Shown one piece after another: positions 1-12,066 of a stretch of 64,000 nucleotides of DNA. The notes below the pieces were generated by a model, which saw only the letters and a list, made by a program, of their open reading frames with translations, did not search any database and was not told where the DNA came from. The DNA is from Elsinoe ampelina (Eukaryota): contig ML992523.1 in the NCBI GenBank assembly GCA_010093995.1, positions 20,266-84,265 on the forward strand. Reading direction: 5' to 3'. Made by a program: the position numbers and the translations under genes. Each line of letters opens with the position of its first letter. Position 1 is the first letter of the stretch.

Positions 1-1030
1 AACACTTAGTATAGCGGTTAGTACTATAGTAAATAACTCTTCTAGTAGCACTAGTTCCTATTAAGATAGCTATATAAGTTAGAGAACTAGTTAAGTTAAT
101 TGTTTTAGTTAGGTTCTTTACCTAGATAGTAGCTATAACTAAAAGATCTAGGTTACTAGTACTAAAAGCCTAAATAGTAGAGGACCTAAAGACTAAGTAT
201 AGCAAGTTATAGTTATAGTATCTAAGGTCCCTAAGGCTAGTAAGGTCGTTCTAGATACTTATAGTAAGCTCTTAAGTAAGAGCCTATTTAGTCCTAACTA
301 TAACAAGTTAGTACTACTTTTTAGACTATATAAGGGACAATATACTAAGGGCATTTAGTCTAGTAATAGCCCTTATAGCACTCTACTCTCTTATCTTAGA
401 ACTAGTTAAATCTCTAGACTAAGGAAGATTATATCCTCTACCTCTACTACCTAGCGGACTACCTAGTACTCTAGTACTAGTAGTAATACTACTAATGCCT
501 AGCTAAGTAGCAGCACTTATGCTATAAGGCTTTAGTTTATGCTATAGAAGGTATAAAAGTAAAATGTGAAATAGCAGGCTATTATTATAAGTATAATAAA
601 GGAAAGAGAAACTATAAAGAAGTTAGCTAGATACTTATATCTCCCTTGTTAAGATTTATAAGCTAATCTATTTACATAGAGTAATAGAGACAATAGCTGC
701 CTAGCTATTGTTAATAGTTACTATTGTTACTAGCTGTTATAAGCTAATCTAATAGTAAATTCTTACTAGTAATTAGCTAGCACTAATAATCACAAGCAAT
801 TACGAAGAAATAAAGTAATAAGCTAATCACTTCACTTACATATAACAGGACAGTTCTCTAGCTTTAACAATCTATACTAGAGGGGGAGTGTTATAATAGA
901 AGACTAGTATAGCTTCTCTAGTACTAAAGAACTAGCACTGATAAGTCAGCGTACGCACAGTAGATAAATCGGTTATTGTAACTCTCTGAATAAAATACAC
1001 GTCTCTCGATCCGATTTGCTAGTTACAACA
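1..1030 (+). mobile_element. 3' end of a RIP-degraded Ty1/copia LTR retrotransposon (3' internal region, PPT, 3' LTR)
   Basis: Very AT-rich, TpA/TAG/CTA-rich and CpA/TpG-poor. Polypurine tract AGAGGGGGAG at 879-888 directly precedes a TG...CA LTR. The whole stretch aligns in reverse complement with 58042-~59070, where copia pol motifs are readable further in. Confidence 0.85.
889..1030 (+). repeat. 142-bp LTR (TGTTATAA...TTACAACA)
   Basis: TG/CA ends with short terminal inverted repeats. 134/142 identical by manual alignment to the reverse complement of 58042-58183. Confidence 0.9.
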
Positions 1031-1382
1031 GCAAAGGTAGCACAATACATCAAGCAAACATCCGTTCCATCGAAAAGATCAAGCACGATACGGCGATGAT
1101 CACGAATGAGCGGTGAGATGTACATTGGGAGACTGCAGACGGGTGCATGGAGGAAGAAAAGACCCGTGTCTTCCCCGGTGCGGCTGCTCGTGTCTTGTCT
1201 CGGGGCACGCGATCCGCTTGGAGCTTTCGTGTGTTTTTCTGTACTTCCCACTGTCACGCAACCTGTCAATAACCCTGACACACATTGCATGTGATCCTTT
1301 GTTTCCTGCTCGAAGTCTCTCGCCCGGATCCGCCTCCGGGACCTTGTCATCGTGTAGCCATCTCATGCTCCGGAAGGCAGCC

Positions 1383-2357
1383 ATGGAACTGGGACTTGCA
1401 GAACCTCTTGCCACGCTTGTCCGCAACAAGTACGATCATGCAAAACAGCGTGGATCTCTGACCTTCTCCGAGACCCAGCTCGCCATCTTGCGACTCAGTG
1501 ATGAGTCTAAGCACAATTTCCAGCTACGATACTGTCCGGCTCTACAGAAGAAGCCAACTCAGCAGAAGCCCGAGCAGACTAAGGACAAGAAGAAATTCAA
1601 CCCCTTTGAGAACCCCGATGCAGACCTACTGATCGCTGAAATACCTTCCGGCCAACCAACTCATAGACTGGTGCTAAACAAGTATCCGATAATCCCAAAC
1701 CACTTCATCCTCGCCACCAAGGACTTTGCCGAGCAGACTGACCTGCTTGAGCCCGACGATCTTGCCATGACATACGCAGTGCTGCGAGCTTGGGAAGAGC
1801 AAAACCCCGATGGCAAGCTATTTGCCTTCTTCAACTCTGGTCCAGATAGTGGTGCATCTCAGCCACACCGACATCTTCAGTTTGTGCCATTCGAAGACAT
1901 GCAAAGAGATGTGCCCGAGGATCAGGTCTGGCATCCTCTTGTGGGCGGCAAGCCAGACGATGTAGCTGATACGCTATGTTCATCACCGCTTCCAGAGCTG
2001 CCTTTTGAGAGCGAGCAGGTAAGACTGCCAGCCGGTATCTCGGTGGATCAGCTCCATGGCGTCTACGTTGATCTCGTCAAGAAGCACGTCGGGCTTCAGG
2101 GGAAAAGGCTGACTAGAAGCTACAATCTAGGCATGACCAGCCGAACCATCGCGATTGCCCCGAGGATCAATGAAGCATACGTCTACAAGAACAGCAGTAC
2201 TGAGAATGCTGTCATCGCTGTTAATGGCACTATCCTGGCTGGCACGCTCATGGTCAAGGGAGAAGATGAATGGAATTGGCTGAGAAATGATCCATCGGCC
2301 CTACGGAAAGTCCTGAGTGGACTAGGTGTGATCAAAGAATCTGCAAACCACCTTTGA
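1383..2357 (+). CDS. Ap4A phosphorylase / ATP adenylyltransferase (APA1/APA2 family)
   Basis: Motifs FNPFENP, LVLNKYPIIPNHFIL, FFNSGPDSGASQPHRHLQF (HxHxQ) and NGTILAGTLMVK. Start placed at ATG 1383; ATG 1365 is an alternative. Confidence 0.92.
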   Translation: MELGLAEPLATLVRNKYDHAKQRGSLTFSETQLAILRLSDESKHNFQLRYCPALQKKPTQQKPEQTKDKKKFNPFENPDADLLIAEIPSGQPTHRLVLNKYPIIPNHFILATKDFAEQTDLLEPDDLAMTYAVLRAWEEQNPDGKLFAFFNSGPDSGASQPHRHLQFVPFEDMQRDVPEDQVWHPLVGGKPDDVADTLCSSPLPELPFESEQVRLPAGISVDQLHGVYVDLVKKHVGLQGKRLTRSYNLGMTSRTIAIAPRINEAYVYKNSSTENAVIAVNGTILAGTLMVKGEDEWNWLRNDPSALRKVLSGLGVIKESANHL

Positions 2358-2364
2358 CTATGGA

Positions 2365-3777
2365 TCACGCTGACATGGCCGACCTCAACGCCTCGAACTC
2401 AGCCGGCGTCTCCTCCTTTTTGGACGTCAGGATCTTCTTCCTAATCTCGAGCGTCTTGGATCGTGCGACTTCAATCCTCCTTGCGCCTTCTTCGGATCCC
2501 AGTAGCTCTCCAAGGATATTGCGTATTGTCTGACCATTATCATCTGGTAGTATTGGATATCCATCCTTGGCCGCCATCCTTGGTCGTCGCTTGTTGACGC
2601 CAAAGGTACCAAGCAGCATGCCGAGATGTTGCATGACTTTGGTATCAAGGAATTGGTCGGCGCCGACTGGGCAGGTGACGAAGGGAACACCAGCGAATAT
2701 GCCTTCCATCATGGTGCCGAAGCCGCCATGAGAAAGTGCAAACTTGATGGCTGGATGGGCGAGTACTTCGAGCTGCGGCGCCCAGCCTGTGATGATGCCA
2801 CCGGAATCTGGTCCGACTGCTTCTCTAAGTCCTGCTGGATCTTCTCTGTGTAGAAAGACGAAAGGGGTTTCCGTGGACCGCAGAGCATCAATGACCAGCA
2901 GAGCCTGTTCTTTGCTGAAGTCGCTATGGCTGCCGAGAGCAACGTACACGGCACTCTTCTCTGGTAGTCCGTCCACGAAGCTCAATACTCCATCTCTGTC
3001 TTCAACCTCAACTGCTCTCTCCTGCATGGTCTTTCTATATCCCTTCTCGGCCATTCCAAGGTACCAATCTGGAATCATCGGACCGACCATGAAATTCCTC
3101 GGGCTCTCGTCTCCAACCTTTCCTCTCCAACCATGACCCTCCAACCCCAGATTGCTATTACTCACAACCCATCCTTCCACCAAATCAAAAATTGGTCTCA
3201 CAAACCGATGGTACATCTCCGTCACAACATCCACCGCATCACCAAGCATGACAGTCAACTCCCCGTCAACATCCCCAACGCCAGAAATATCAACCTCCGT
3301 GTCTAAGTTAGCCCCCGGAACGTTCCCCGGATTCATCGCAACCCGACACATATACCAAGGACTAGGGAAGAGACCAAACACCTTGACTTCCATCCCGCGT
3401 AGATCCCTAATGACACCACCCATCAAAGGATTCAGCAGCGCCGAAGTCACCCTCTCCCCGTTCCCGAGCCCAGCATTCAGCTTCTCGACTTCCTTCCTCG
3501 TCGCCCCGCTGAAGTCCGCCCCGGTGATGAACCCGATCAGTTTCGAGGGGTCATGCTCATCGGCGTATGCCCTGTGCTGGCCGTCGGCTATCTCGACGAG
3601 GTGGATGTTGGGGTTGGGGGACTGGCCTGAGGAAGCGAAGTTGCGGTTGTGGGTTGCGAGGGAGAGGACGAGGAGGTGCACCTGTAGGGATGGCGTGGCG
3701 AGGGCGGTGGCGGTGTTGATCATGTTGATGGTGTGGCCGGCGCCGGGGAAGGGGATGGCGAGGATGTGGGATGGCAT
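2365..3777 (-). CDS. Family 1 UDP-glycosyltransferase (PSPG box), intronless
   Basis: N-terminal HILAIPFPGAGH (catalytic His) and PSPG box WAPQLEVLAHPAIKFALSHGGFGTMMEGIFAGVPFVTCPVGADQ. Confidence 0.92.
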   Translation of the reverse strand: MPSHILAIPFPGAGHTINMINTATALATPSLQVHLLVLSLATHNRNFASSGQSPNPNIHLVEIADGQHRAYADEHDPSKLIGFITGADFSGATRKEVEKLNAGLGNGERVTSALLNPLMGGVIRDLRGMEVKVFGLFPSPWYMCRVAMNPGNVPGANLDTEVDISGVGDVDGELTVMLGDAVDVVTEMYHRFVRPIFDLVEGWVVSNSNLGLEGHGWRGKVGDESPRNFMVGPMIPDWYLGMAEKGYRKTMQERAVEVEDRDGVLSFVDGLPEKSAVYVALGSHSDFSKEQALLVIDALRSTETPFVFLHREDPAGLREAVGPDSGGIITGWAPQLEVLAHPAIKFALSHGGFGTMMEGIFAGVPFVTCPVGADQFLDTKVMQHLGMLLGTFGVNKRRPRMAAKDGYPILPDDNGQTIRNILGELLGSEEGARRIEVARSKTLEIRKKILTSKKEETPAEFEALRSAMSA

Positions 3778-4339
3778 TGTGGTCGGAGCTAATAGTGGAA
3801 GACTTCAGAGTAAGGGCAGAAGTAGACTCGGTCAGACCTCCAAGCCGGTTCCCAGAAACTTACTATAGGTTTCACGATTTGAAATGCTGACATCGGAGAC
3901 TTTGATTGACATCTCACCCAACCAACAGTCAGGCGTGCAGTTTGGAGAGGAGAAAGTCTCCGGAAGTGAGACGCATGGGAGACCACGATAGATGGCCTAC
4001 GGACTCTAGCTACGGGTATTATAGCTGTGCTTACGGGCTCGTGCAGCTTATGATCTGCATGGCGGGACACATCCAAGGTGTGAACTTTCTTGCCACACAC
4101 ATCAACCAAACTACCAGAACCTGATAGTGACATATTTTCTTCTGTGTAGCCAGCGATGCTTCTAGACCTGGTAGTATTGTAAAAGGTACTACCAGCTATG
4201 TGACACTTACGCTAGATAGATAGACGATAGACACTGTGCCTGGTAGTTGGTGCAAAGCTGCCGTTGGCTTTCTCTCATGCACTTGCACCATTTATTTTGT
4301 CCCAAACGTGCAGCCCATCCTCCATCGACCATGTAATCA

Positions 4340-5647
4340 ATGCCGCGCATCCCACCACGACTGCTCCGTCAAGCATCGTCTATTGGTCCCTTACTCCGAA
4401 AGCTTTTACCAGTGACTCGCGATCTCCAGTCGGCGAAGAACGAGTTGCGATGGCTGAGGGAACATGCCGTGGAACAGTCTCAGCGTCGAAGCGGCGAGGC
4501 ACTGGGCGGAGCTGAACAACATCGAGATGTATCTCGGTGGTTGAATCGGTATTGTGATGAGAGAGGGAGGGGAAAGCCATTGCAGTATATACTTGGGACA
4601 GAGTTCTTTGGCGATCTGGAGATCAAGTGTGAGGAGGGCGTGCTGATTCCGAGGTAAGTAAGCCATACAGATCTCTTTCGCCATCGAACCCAACGAGAGT
4701 ACCTGTCTCGTTCACTGATGTCTTGAGATACTCGACCCGTATGAATGCAACAGCTAACCAAAATCAGATGGGAAACAGCCTCCCTAGTCGAGCATTTCGC
4801 CACCGTCATCCACGCCAGGTTCTCTACTCCGTCGCCTCGACCGCTCAAGATCCTGGAGCCATGCACAGGCACGGGCTGCATGTCATTGCTCCTCCAGCAT
4901 ACTCTCACAAATCTCAAATACCCTGCACCGGTACATACTCTCGGCCTCGACATATCCCCTCAAGCAATCCAGCTGGCCAGGCACAACCTCTCCCGCCACC
5001 CGCACGTGACCGACGGACACAAAGACAGTACCGTCGACTTTCAACTCGCTAACGTTCTCCACCAAGACAGTCTCCCGTCCCAAGAAACAACATCTGTTCC
5101 AAGCTGGCAATCTGTCCTAGAGCAGTACGACCTCTCTTGGCCCGCAACCGCCCAAAAGAATGCCTCCACGTCCAACCATCTCTCAGGTTCCACGATGATT
5201 GACCGTCAGAGTTTGAAAGGCTGGGATATCCTCCTCTCCAACCCTCCCTACGTCTCACCCGGGCAATACGCACGCACAACCTCCCTGTCGGTACGCAAGC
5301 ATGAACCCCGGATCGCTCTCGTGCCGCCATCATTATTTAAAGGCAACCCCGTCATGACGGACGAGGAGAGAGGGGACGTATTCTACCCTGCTTTGCTGGA
5401 CATGGCGAGGAAAACTGGGGTGAGGGGCGTGATATTTGAGATTGGTGATGCGAAGCAGGCTGGACGGGTGGTGGGGATGGTGGAAGAAAGGATGGGGAGG
5501 GAGTGGGAGGTGGAGGTGTGGAGGGATGAGCCTGCTGCGAAGGAGGGAGGGGAGTTGGCTGAGGGAGAGCAGGGGCTGGAGGGGATGCTGGTCAGAGGAA
5601 AGGGGAGGGTCAGGGGGGTGTTTGCTTGGCGGGAGGGGCCAGGGTAG
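4340..5647 (+). CDS. HemK/PrmC-family release factor glutamine methyltransferase (mitochondrial MTQ1-like), 2 exons
   Basis: Motifs KPLQYILG, LIPR|WET, LEPCTGTGC and NPPY. Intron 4654-4767 (GTAAGT...CTAAC...CAG). Confidence 0.9.
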
Positions 5648-5839
5648 ATGGCACGAATGTCGAAGCCCACGCTGATGAGAAGAGATGTATCTAGGTATTG
5701 GAGGATCTGGCCACCCGTATCTCAGTACCATATATCTCACAAATAACTCGATTGTTGAAGTTACAATTGAACGATATCGACCCGCCATCATTCCTCTTCA
5801 AGGCAACTCATCCGCGAGCTCATATATACCCAGAATCAT

Positions 5840-6349
5840 CTACGACTTCTCAAAATCCTTGGGCGCCATCTTCTCCTTCATCATCTTCGCCTTGTGCGAA
5901 TCCACAAACTCCTGCACCTCCACCACCTCCTCCCCACTCGCATCCAACCTTATCATCATCACACACTCATTCTCCCACTCCCCCATCCCCTTGGCCAACG
6001 TCCCTATCATCTTGGCATGAATCACCACCGCATTCCTCACCTCATCCTCGAAGATCTGCTGGGGCTCCATGCGGAACGTTTCGAACACAGAAGTGATGCC
6101 GGCCGCGTGTTTGCTAAAGTCATCCTTGCTTCGCGCTGGCATGCCGAGGGAGGCGGGGAGGATTTGGTGCTTGAAGTGCGTGTTGGAGAGCGGGGAGAGG
6201 ATGGCGTCGACGGAGAGGGTGGAGTAGGCGTCGAGGAGACGTTTGGCGGTGGTCATGCGGTTGGATTGTTGGGGTTGGGCGAGGAAGAGGGCGAGGAGGA
6301 GGGTCCAGAGGCGTTCGAGGACGCTGAGGATGGATTGGAGGGGTGTCAT
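5840..6349 (-). CDS. SnoaL/NTF2-like protein (AusH/AusJ-like)
   Basis: Pattern HQILPASLG...VVIHA...EWENECVMMI...VQEFVDS typical of fungal NTF2-like tailoring proteins. Start at 6349 or 6256. Confidence 0.75.
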   Translation of the reverse strand: MTPLQSILSVLERLWTLLLALFLAQPQQSNRMTTAKRLLDAYSTLSVDAILSPLSNTHFKHQILPASLGMPARSKDDFSKHAAGITSVFETFRMEPQQIFEDEVRNAVVIHAKMIGTLAKGMGEWENECVMMIRLDASGEEVVEVQEFVDSHKAKMMKEKMAPKDFEKS

Positions 6350-7026
6350 GGTGAATACACGCTCGGTGGGCGGTGGTGGAGTAGGCTGGATTGGAGACAC
6401 CACTGCCAGACACTTGCTTGGACTGTATGAGGTCGAGGATGAGGATGTTGTCTGCAGTATTGAGCCAGGATACTTCTCGCCTGTCAATAATGGAAGAAGA
6501 AGGAAAGAAGATAGCCACTCTCCTGTTCATTCACCAGCGGCGGACGTCCATCCGGACTGCCAACTCGCAAGACCTACCTCGTACGATGCATGACATTTCC
6601 CATGCACTCGACAGACCACGGACATGACGGAAATGCAGCGATAATATTGTCATGTACGGAAATGCAGGAAGCAGAGATCCACGCCGTAGTGTCGTCACAC
6701 AAGAAATGCAATAAAATGCAATGCCGCAAAGTGGATCTCCGCAATTTGGAGACCCGAAGCGCGTCCTGCATTTGCATCTGCGTCTGCGTCTGCACCTTTT
6801 TTCCTTTCCCTCTGCACGTCACTCCACCCGGCAGCACAAGGTTCCCCCCCAAGAACCCGTGAAGGATGCCCGTCGCGCCCCCGCCATCCCTGTACCACCG
6901 CTCGAAATGTGAAAGAGGGTATACCCTCGCTCGCCGCCGAGCGCTGCAGCCGTGTCTTGACTCTCACTCTACACCACTTGGCAAGCCACATTCTGTCTCT
7001 AGCACTGCCTGCCCGCCGTTGCAGAC

Positions 7027-7956
7027 ATGTCGAAAGTCATCCTGGTCACTGGCGCTACTGGAAAGCAGGGTGGGAGCGTGGTCGATGCGCTGGTGTCTTG
7101 CGAGCGGAAGGAGGATTTCTTGATCTTGGCTGTCACGCGGAATGCAGATGGTGAAGCGGCGCGGAAATTGAGGGACAAGGGGAGGAATATTCGCGTCGTC
7201 GCGGGCAATTTGGACGATGTGGCTGGCTTGTTTGACGAAGCGGAAAAGGTCGCCGGACAGAAAGTCTGGGGAGTGTATTCTGTTCAAGTGTCCATGGGCA
7301 AGGGCGTCACTTTCGAGAGCGAAGTCAAACAGGGCAAGGATCTCGTGGATGAGAGTGTCAAGCGAGGCGTCCAGCAATTCGTCTACAGCAGTGTCGACCG
7401 CGGAGGTGATGAGGAGAGCTGGAACAACCCCACGCCAATCGATCATTTCAAGAGCAAGCAGCTGATCGAGCATCACCTCAGAGACAATGCAGCCAAGATG
7501 GGATGGACCGTCCTGCGACCCGTGGCTTTCATGGACAATCTGGAGCCTGGCATACCTTCGAGAGTGTTTTTGACTGCCATGCGAGACTCGCTTCAAGGCA
7601 AGCCCCAGCAGTGGATCGCTGTCAGCGACATTGGTGTTTTTGTCGCTCTGGCATTTCAGCAGCCGGAGAAATTCAATCACAAGGCACTCGGTCTGGCTGG
7701 TGACGAGCTTACTTTTGATGAGTTGCAGGCCATCTTCCAGAGAGACAGCGCCGCACCACCGACTCCCGTCTTCTGGTTCATGGGATCATTCCTCAAGTAC
7801 ATGGTCACCGAGCTTGGCCGAATGCTTACCTGGTTTGGCACAGATGGATATAGGGCAGACATCAAGAGTTTGAAGGAGATGCACCCCGGTTTGAAAGACC
7901 TTGAGACTTGGTTGAGGAAGGACAGCAGCTTCCCTATCAAAGCTGGAAGTGCCTGA
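7027..7956 (+). CDS. NmrA-like NAD(P)-binding protein
   Basis: Motifs ILVTGATGKQGGSV, FVYSSVDRG, HFKSK and LRPVAFMDN. Confidence 0.92.
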   Translation: MSKVILVTGATGKQGGSVVDALVSCERKEDFLILAVTRNADGEAARKLRDKGRNIRVVAGNLDDVAGLFDEAEKVAGQKVWGVYSVQVSMGKGVTFESEVKQGKDLVDESVKRGVQQFVYSSVDRGGDEESWNNPTPIDHFKSKQLIEHHLRDNAAKMGWTVLRPVAFMDNLEPGIPSRVFLTAMRDSLQGKPQQWIAVSDIGVFVALAFQQPEKFNHKALGLAGDELTFDELQAIFQRDSAAPPTPVFWFMGSFLKYMVTELGRMLTWFGTDGYRADIKSLKEMHPGLKDLETWLRKDSSFPIKAGSA

Positions 7957-8330
7957 AATTGTTATTATGCAACGGTGGGTAATGGCTGGAATGGACATTG
8001 AACATCATTCTTGCTTGAAACACGCTTCAATCGTGACAAGTATTTTCCAAGGCATACTTGAATGTTTGGTTCTCGAATGCCCGATGTTCTGATGCAAATG
8101 TCCGATCATACTCAAAACTCCCAACCAGATCAGTGCCTCTTCAAAGGTTTGTAGACCTCCCTTCTCGAAGTCACCTCTATCCTCGGCACGACGACAGGAC
8201 AAACATATGATACGAGATGTTCATTCGCAACTACACTACTCGCTGAAAGACACCTCACCTCTCCTTTCCCTTCGACGTCCACATTACTCCCCTCTCCCTA
8301 CTCACCCCATCCCCCTTCCTGTTCCCCCCT

Positions 8331-8897
8331 CTACATCCCCACCAAAAACGCCTGCCAAACAGCCAAACTCCCCGCCACCCCCGGAAACACCACCCGCCAC
8401 TTATTACACTCGACCCACCTCCTCGCCTGCTCAACCGCATACCCCTTATCCTTAGCCTCCCCCAAAGCGTCCAACCTCGCATTGATCGGCTGCAAATTCA
8501 CCGCCGAATGCACCACATTCACCACATGACACAACGCGCTCAATGCAAACAACCTCCAATCCCCCTTCATGCCCCCTTGGTAGGCGGAGTAGGCGCCGAA
8601 CGCGTACCCGAAGATGGCCAGCGTGCTGATGGGCCGGAAGAAGTTGTTGCCTACTTTGTGCATGAGGGCCCATTGGGCGCCGAGGAGCGAGGCGCGGTCG
8701 GTGTGCGCTGGACCCGCGGAGGGTGGGGGGAAGGAGGCGATGAGCGTGGGGATTGTCATCCAGGATTGCGTGATGGCGTTGCCTGGGGAGGGTCAGTTGG
8801 GGGAAGGAAGGGGACGGGGGCATGACTGACCGACGAGGATGAAGGAGGCGGTGACGGTGGCGGCGGTGATGGATTGGGGGAGGGGGACGATGGTCAT
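8331..8897 (-). CDS. DUF1772 / anthrone-oxygenase-like membrane protein, 2 exons
   Basis: ATG at 8897, intron 8783-8830 (GTCAGT...CTGAC...CAG). Four hydrophobic helices with QW..M...G, LQPINARL and RWVECNKWR patterns. Confidence 0.7.
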
Positions 8898-9369
8898 GTT
8901 GGCGGTGGGGGTGATGTTGTCGAGGTTCACTTGCAGGGGTAGAGTTTGGTTGTTGTGGTAGGAGGGGGATGAGCGAGGCGATATATTCTTTCTTGTTGGA
9001 ATAGACTTGGTCGGTGATAGGTCCGGTCATATGCGTAGTATCTTGCGAGGTGGACATCGGGCGCCCACACTCATGTCCGTCTCCAGAATCCTTGTGTCCC
9101 AATACCTGCGGATCGGCATTGGGGCCGTGGTGGTGGGTCCGGGAAAGAAAGAATCGATATGCAAGGGGTATTCCAGGAACGGCAACGCATGGTGGCGTCA
9201 TGACCCTATCGATGAGTCCGAACTGGTACCTGGCCGATCACGATTCCAGGTGTGGAAGTGCAAACTAATTTTTGGTCCTGTGGCAGAGAATGGTTTGATC
9301 GTATTGGTTCTATCTTGGGAATATAGTGCTGAACCGAATGGCGGCATCAAAAGTTATGCATGTAAGCAA

Positions 9370-11120
9370 TCAAGTGACAATTCCTGTACTGGGCGCCGCC
9401 ATACCATCATACTTTTCCGCATTGATCTTGCGACCAACCTTGTTGAACGTCACTCGCTCCTCGAGAGCTTTCTCTTCAGCTTCGAGCCATTGGGAAATGA
9501 TCAGCTCCTTCTTGGCTGGTGTGCGAACCTCGAATGCCATCTCAAATGGATCCGGCTTGATGATAAGGAGTGAATTTGACTTGTCGAGGGGAGGATCAAT
9601 CTCCAGTCCGGTCTTGGGATCGATCTTCTTCTTAAGATTGAATGCCCAGAGTAGACCGCCACAGGCAAGGAAGGTCTCATCTTGCGTGAGAGTCATACCC
9701 AGGCATTGTCTCTGACCGTATCCAAAGCTTGACATGCCTTTGATGGTTGGAAATTGAGTGAGAGGTTCTTGGAAAGTGGGCCAGCCTCTTTCAGTCCAGC
9801 GTTCAGGTCTGAAGTTCTCGGGGTCCGGATACTTGGCTGGGTTGCGCAGGAAAGCCCTAGGTGGTATCAGCAGATGTCAATGCAATATACAAGTAGGATG
9901 ACTGACCAGTCAAGCGGCAAGATCCGTGTGCCCTTTTCGATGAAATAGCCGTTATAGTAGTCGTCCTTCTCAACCTCATGAGCAACACCAGTGGGCACAT
10001 TTGGCTTCCATCGCATGGCTTCCTTGATACATGCTCGTAAGAACGGCAGCATTGGAAGGTCTTCCAAGACCGGCTGTCTGCCCTGGAGTTGCTCGTCAAT
10101 CTCTCGCTGTGCTCTAGCCTGCGACTCTGGGTGGTAAACCATAGCCAAGAGAAAGTAGTTCAATGGTCCACCAATGGTGAAGACACCAACAAGAGCCATC
10201 ATACCGAGTACTGAAGACGCTTCGTGATCACCGGAAAGAATGTTTGTCTTTTCTGTCTCCAGATATTGCCTTGTAAATGATGGTCGAGCAATGCCTTGCT
10301 TCATCTCGTCCCTCACTTGATTCAATCTGTCCATCCACCATGCTTGCTGCTTATCATGACGCTTGTGCTCGGCGATCTTCCAAGGGTTGATCATCTCTGG
10401 CAAGTGCCAAAGAGGAGTAATGACATTGGTGATAGGTCCGGCAGGTGACATTTGCGTCAGTAATCCCCAAGCGCTTGGGATGAGATCCGGCGAATGCGTA
10501 TGATCATCCCATACCAAATGGCACATAATCTTTGCAGCCATGTCTTCGAGCGAGAAGTTAAAGTCGTCTGGGTCCGTCACCAATCGGTACAGCCAACGCT
10601 TGACCTCATGATCCATTACTCCGTAATAAGATGCGTTGTGGCCCTGCGTGAGATAGCCATGGGTGAAGCGTCGTTGTCGAGACCAGTACACTGCAGCTTA
10701 TCAGTACCATCCTGCAGACCTTTGGAAAATCCGCTCACTGTTGTGTCCCATGAGAGGCAGATACTCCATTGAGCCATGCGAGCTTTTCGAATCGAATAGT
10801 GAAGGCACTGCTGGCCTATCCGAATTGTACTTTGCTCTCTTTACGAGAAGATCTTCGATAATCTTTTCATCAGAGACAATTATAAACTTGGTGCCTAGCA
10901 TCTCCGTTCTGTATATTGGCCCATAGATGTCTGCCCATTCCTTAAACTTCAACCACATGAATTGGATAGGCAGATCATGGATGCGACCAAAGTAAGGCAG
11001 GAGGGTCGGTCCTGGTAGCTCATGAGGGTCCTCTTTGCGCTTCCTCACGTTGTTGAAGAAGGTGAGCAGATAGAATCCCACAGGCGCGAGCACTACAGCT
11101 ATGAGTAAGAGTGGGTGCAT
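9370..11120 (-). CDS. Cytochrome P450, 3 exons
   Basis: N-terminal anchor plus LPGP, KEAMR (ExxR), FRPERW, and heme motif FGYGQRQCLG. Introns 10691-10738 and 9857-9906. Confidence 0.93.
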
Positions 11121-12066
11121 GGTGATCGTAAGAGGGCTACGCGTCGTGTTGCAAAGCCAAGGAGGTGCGATGTGAGCCCAGAGACAGGGGCAGTGGTTTT
11201 GACAGGAATTACAAAGTACAGCGAGGAGAGGACTGACCTGAGCATGGGCGAAATGTCATTCATTTGCCATGGCAGGAGGGGCGGCTCAACGAGCGGGTCG
11301 CCCGTGGCTCCGATATCTCATGGGCTAGGCAGGGGGTGAAATGCTTGAATCGGATGGTGACAACATCAGGGTTCGGACAATGTTAAGCGAAGTAGGAGGA
11401 CTGCCAGGGAGCGTCAGAGATTCCTGCAGAGCTGTGTTCTGGCCGGCCTGCTGCAACGATATCGTCGAATGAGCATTTCAACAAAGCAGATGAGATTTGT
11501 CCTTGACATGTCGTGTTGCAGCATGTTGCTTGGGCCCATATCGGAACGCACAGCCAAGTTCATCCACAGAGGAGAGAATCCATCAATGGGGAGATATGCT
11601 TATTCACATGACAAGATCTCGTGCAGATCCGAATACTACGGGTCGATGAGCTGTGCAGATGGTGTGGAGACACAAAATCAGAGAAAGGTTGCAAAGAGAA
11701 AGAAGAATGTCCGAAGTCCGTGACGGTCGAAAACAAAATGTCGTCCCACCTTCAGCCGCATTGCATCATGACCTCATCCTTCCTTTGGCAACCTCAACCT
11801 TGGCCGTCATCTTTCAGGAAATGGTCCTTGCTTCAGCGTCTCAATGTCCGAAGCTGCAGCCATGGATCGTTCAAGGGATCACCTTGGTGCGATGGACCAC
11901 GGCTTCGCACCTCTCCACCGCCCTCGCTCTCGGTGTCATCGGAATCATGTTAGTGCCGTGAGATGTTGATGTTGGTCGAGTCTGGTCAAAAGGTAGGAGA
12001 TCCGCTTTCGGTTGTAAGATCTGCTCCACTTCCATACGAGACCATACCCAAGAACATACACCAAAC

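Noticed and set aside
989..994. AATAAA polyadenylation signal in the left LTR
   Set aside because: The other copy reads AATGAA, so the hexamer is probably a RIP product.
1113..1382. N-terminal extension of the Ap4A phosphorylase ORF
   Set aside because: Non-ATG start and no family-like sequence before M1365/M1383.
11653..11961. Short ORF with a hydrophobic end between the P450 and the monooxygenase
   Set aside because: No motif or splice support; probably promoter or UTR sequence.
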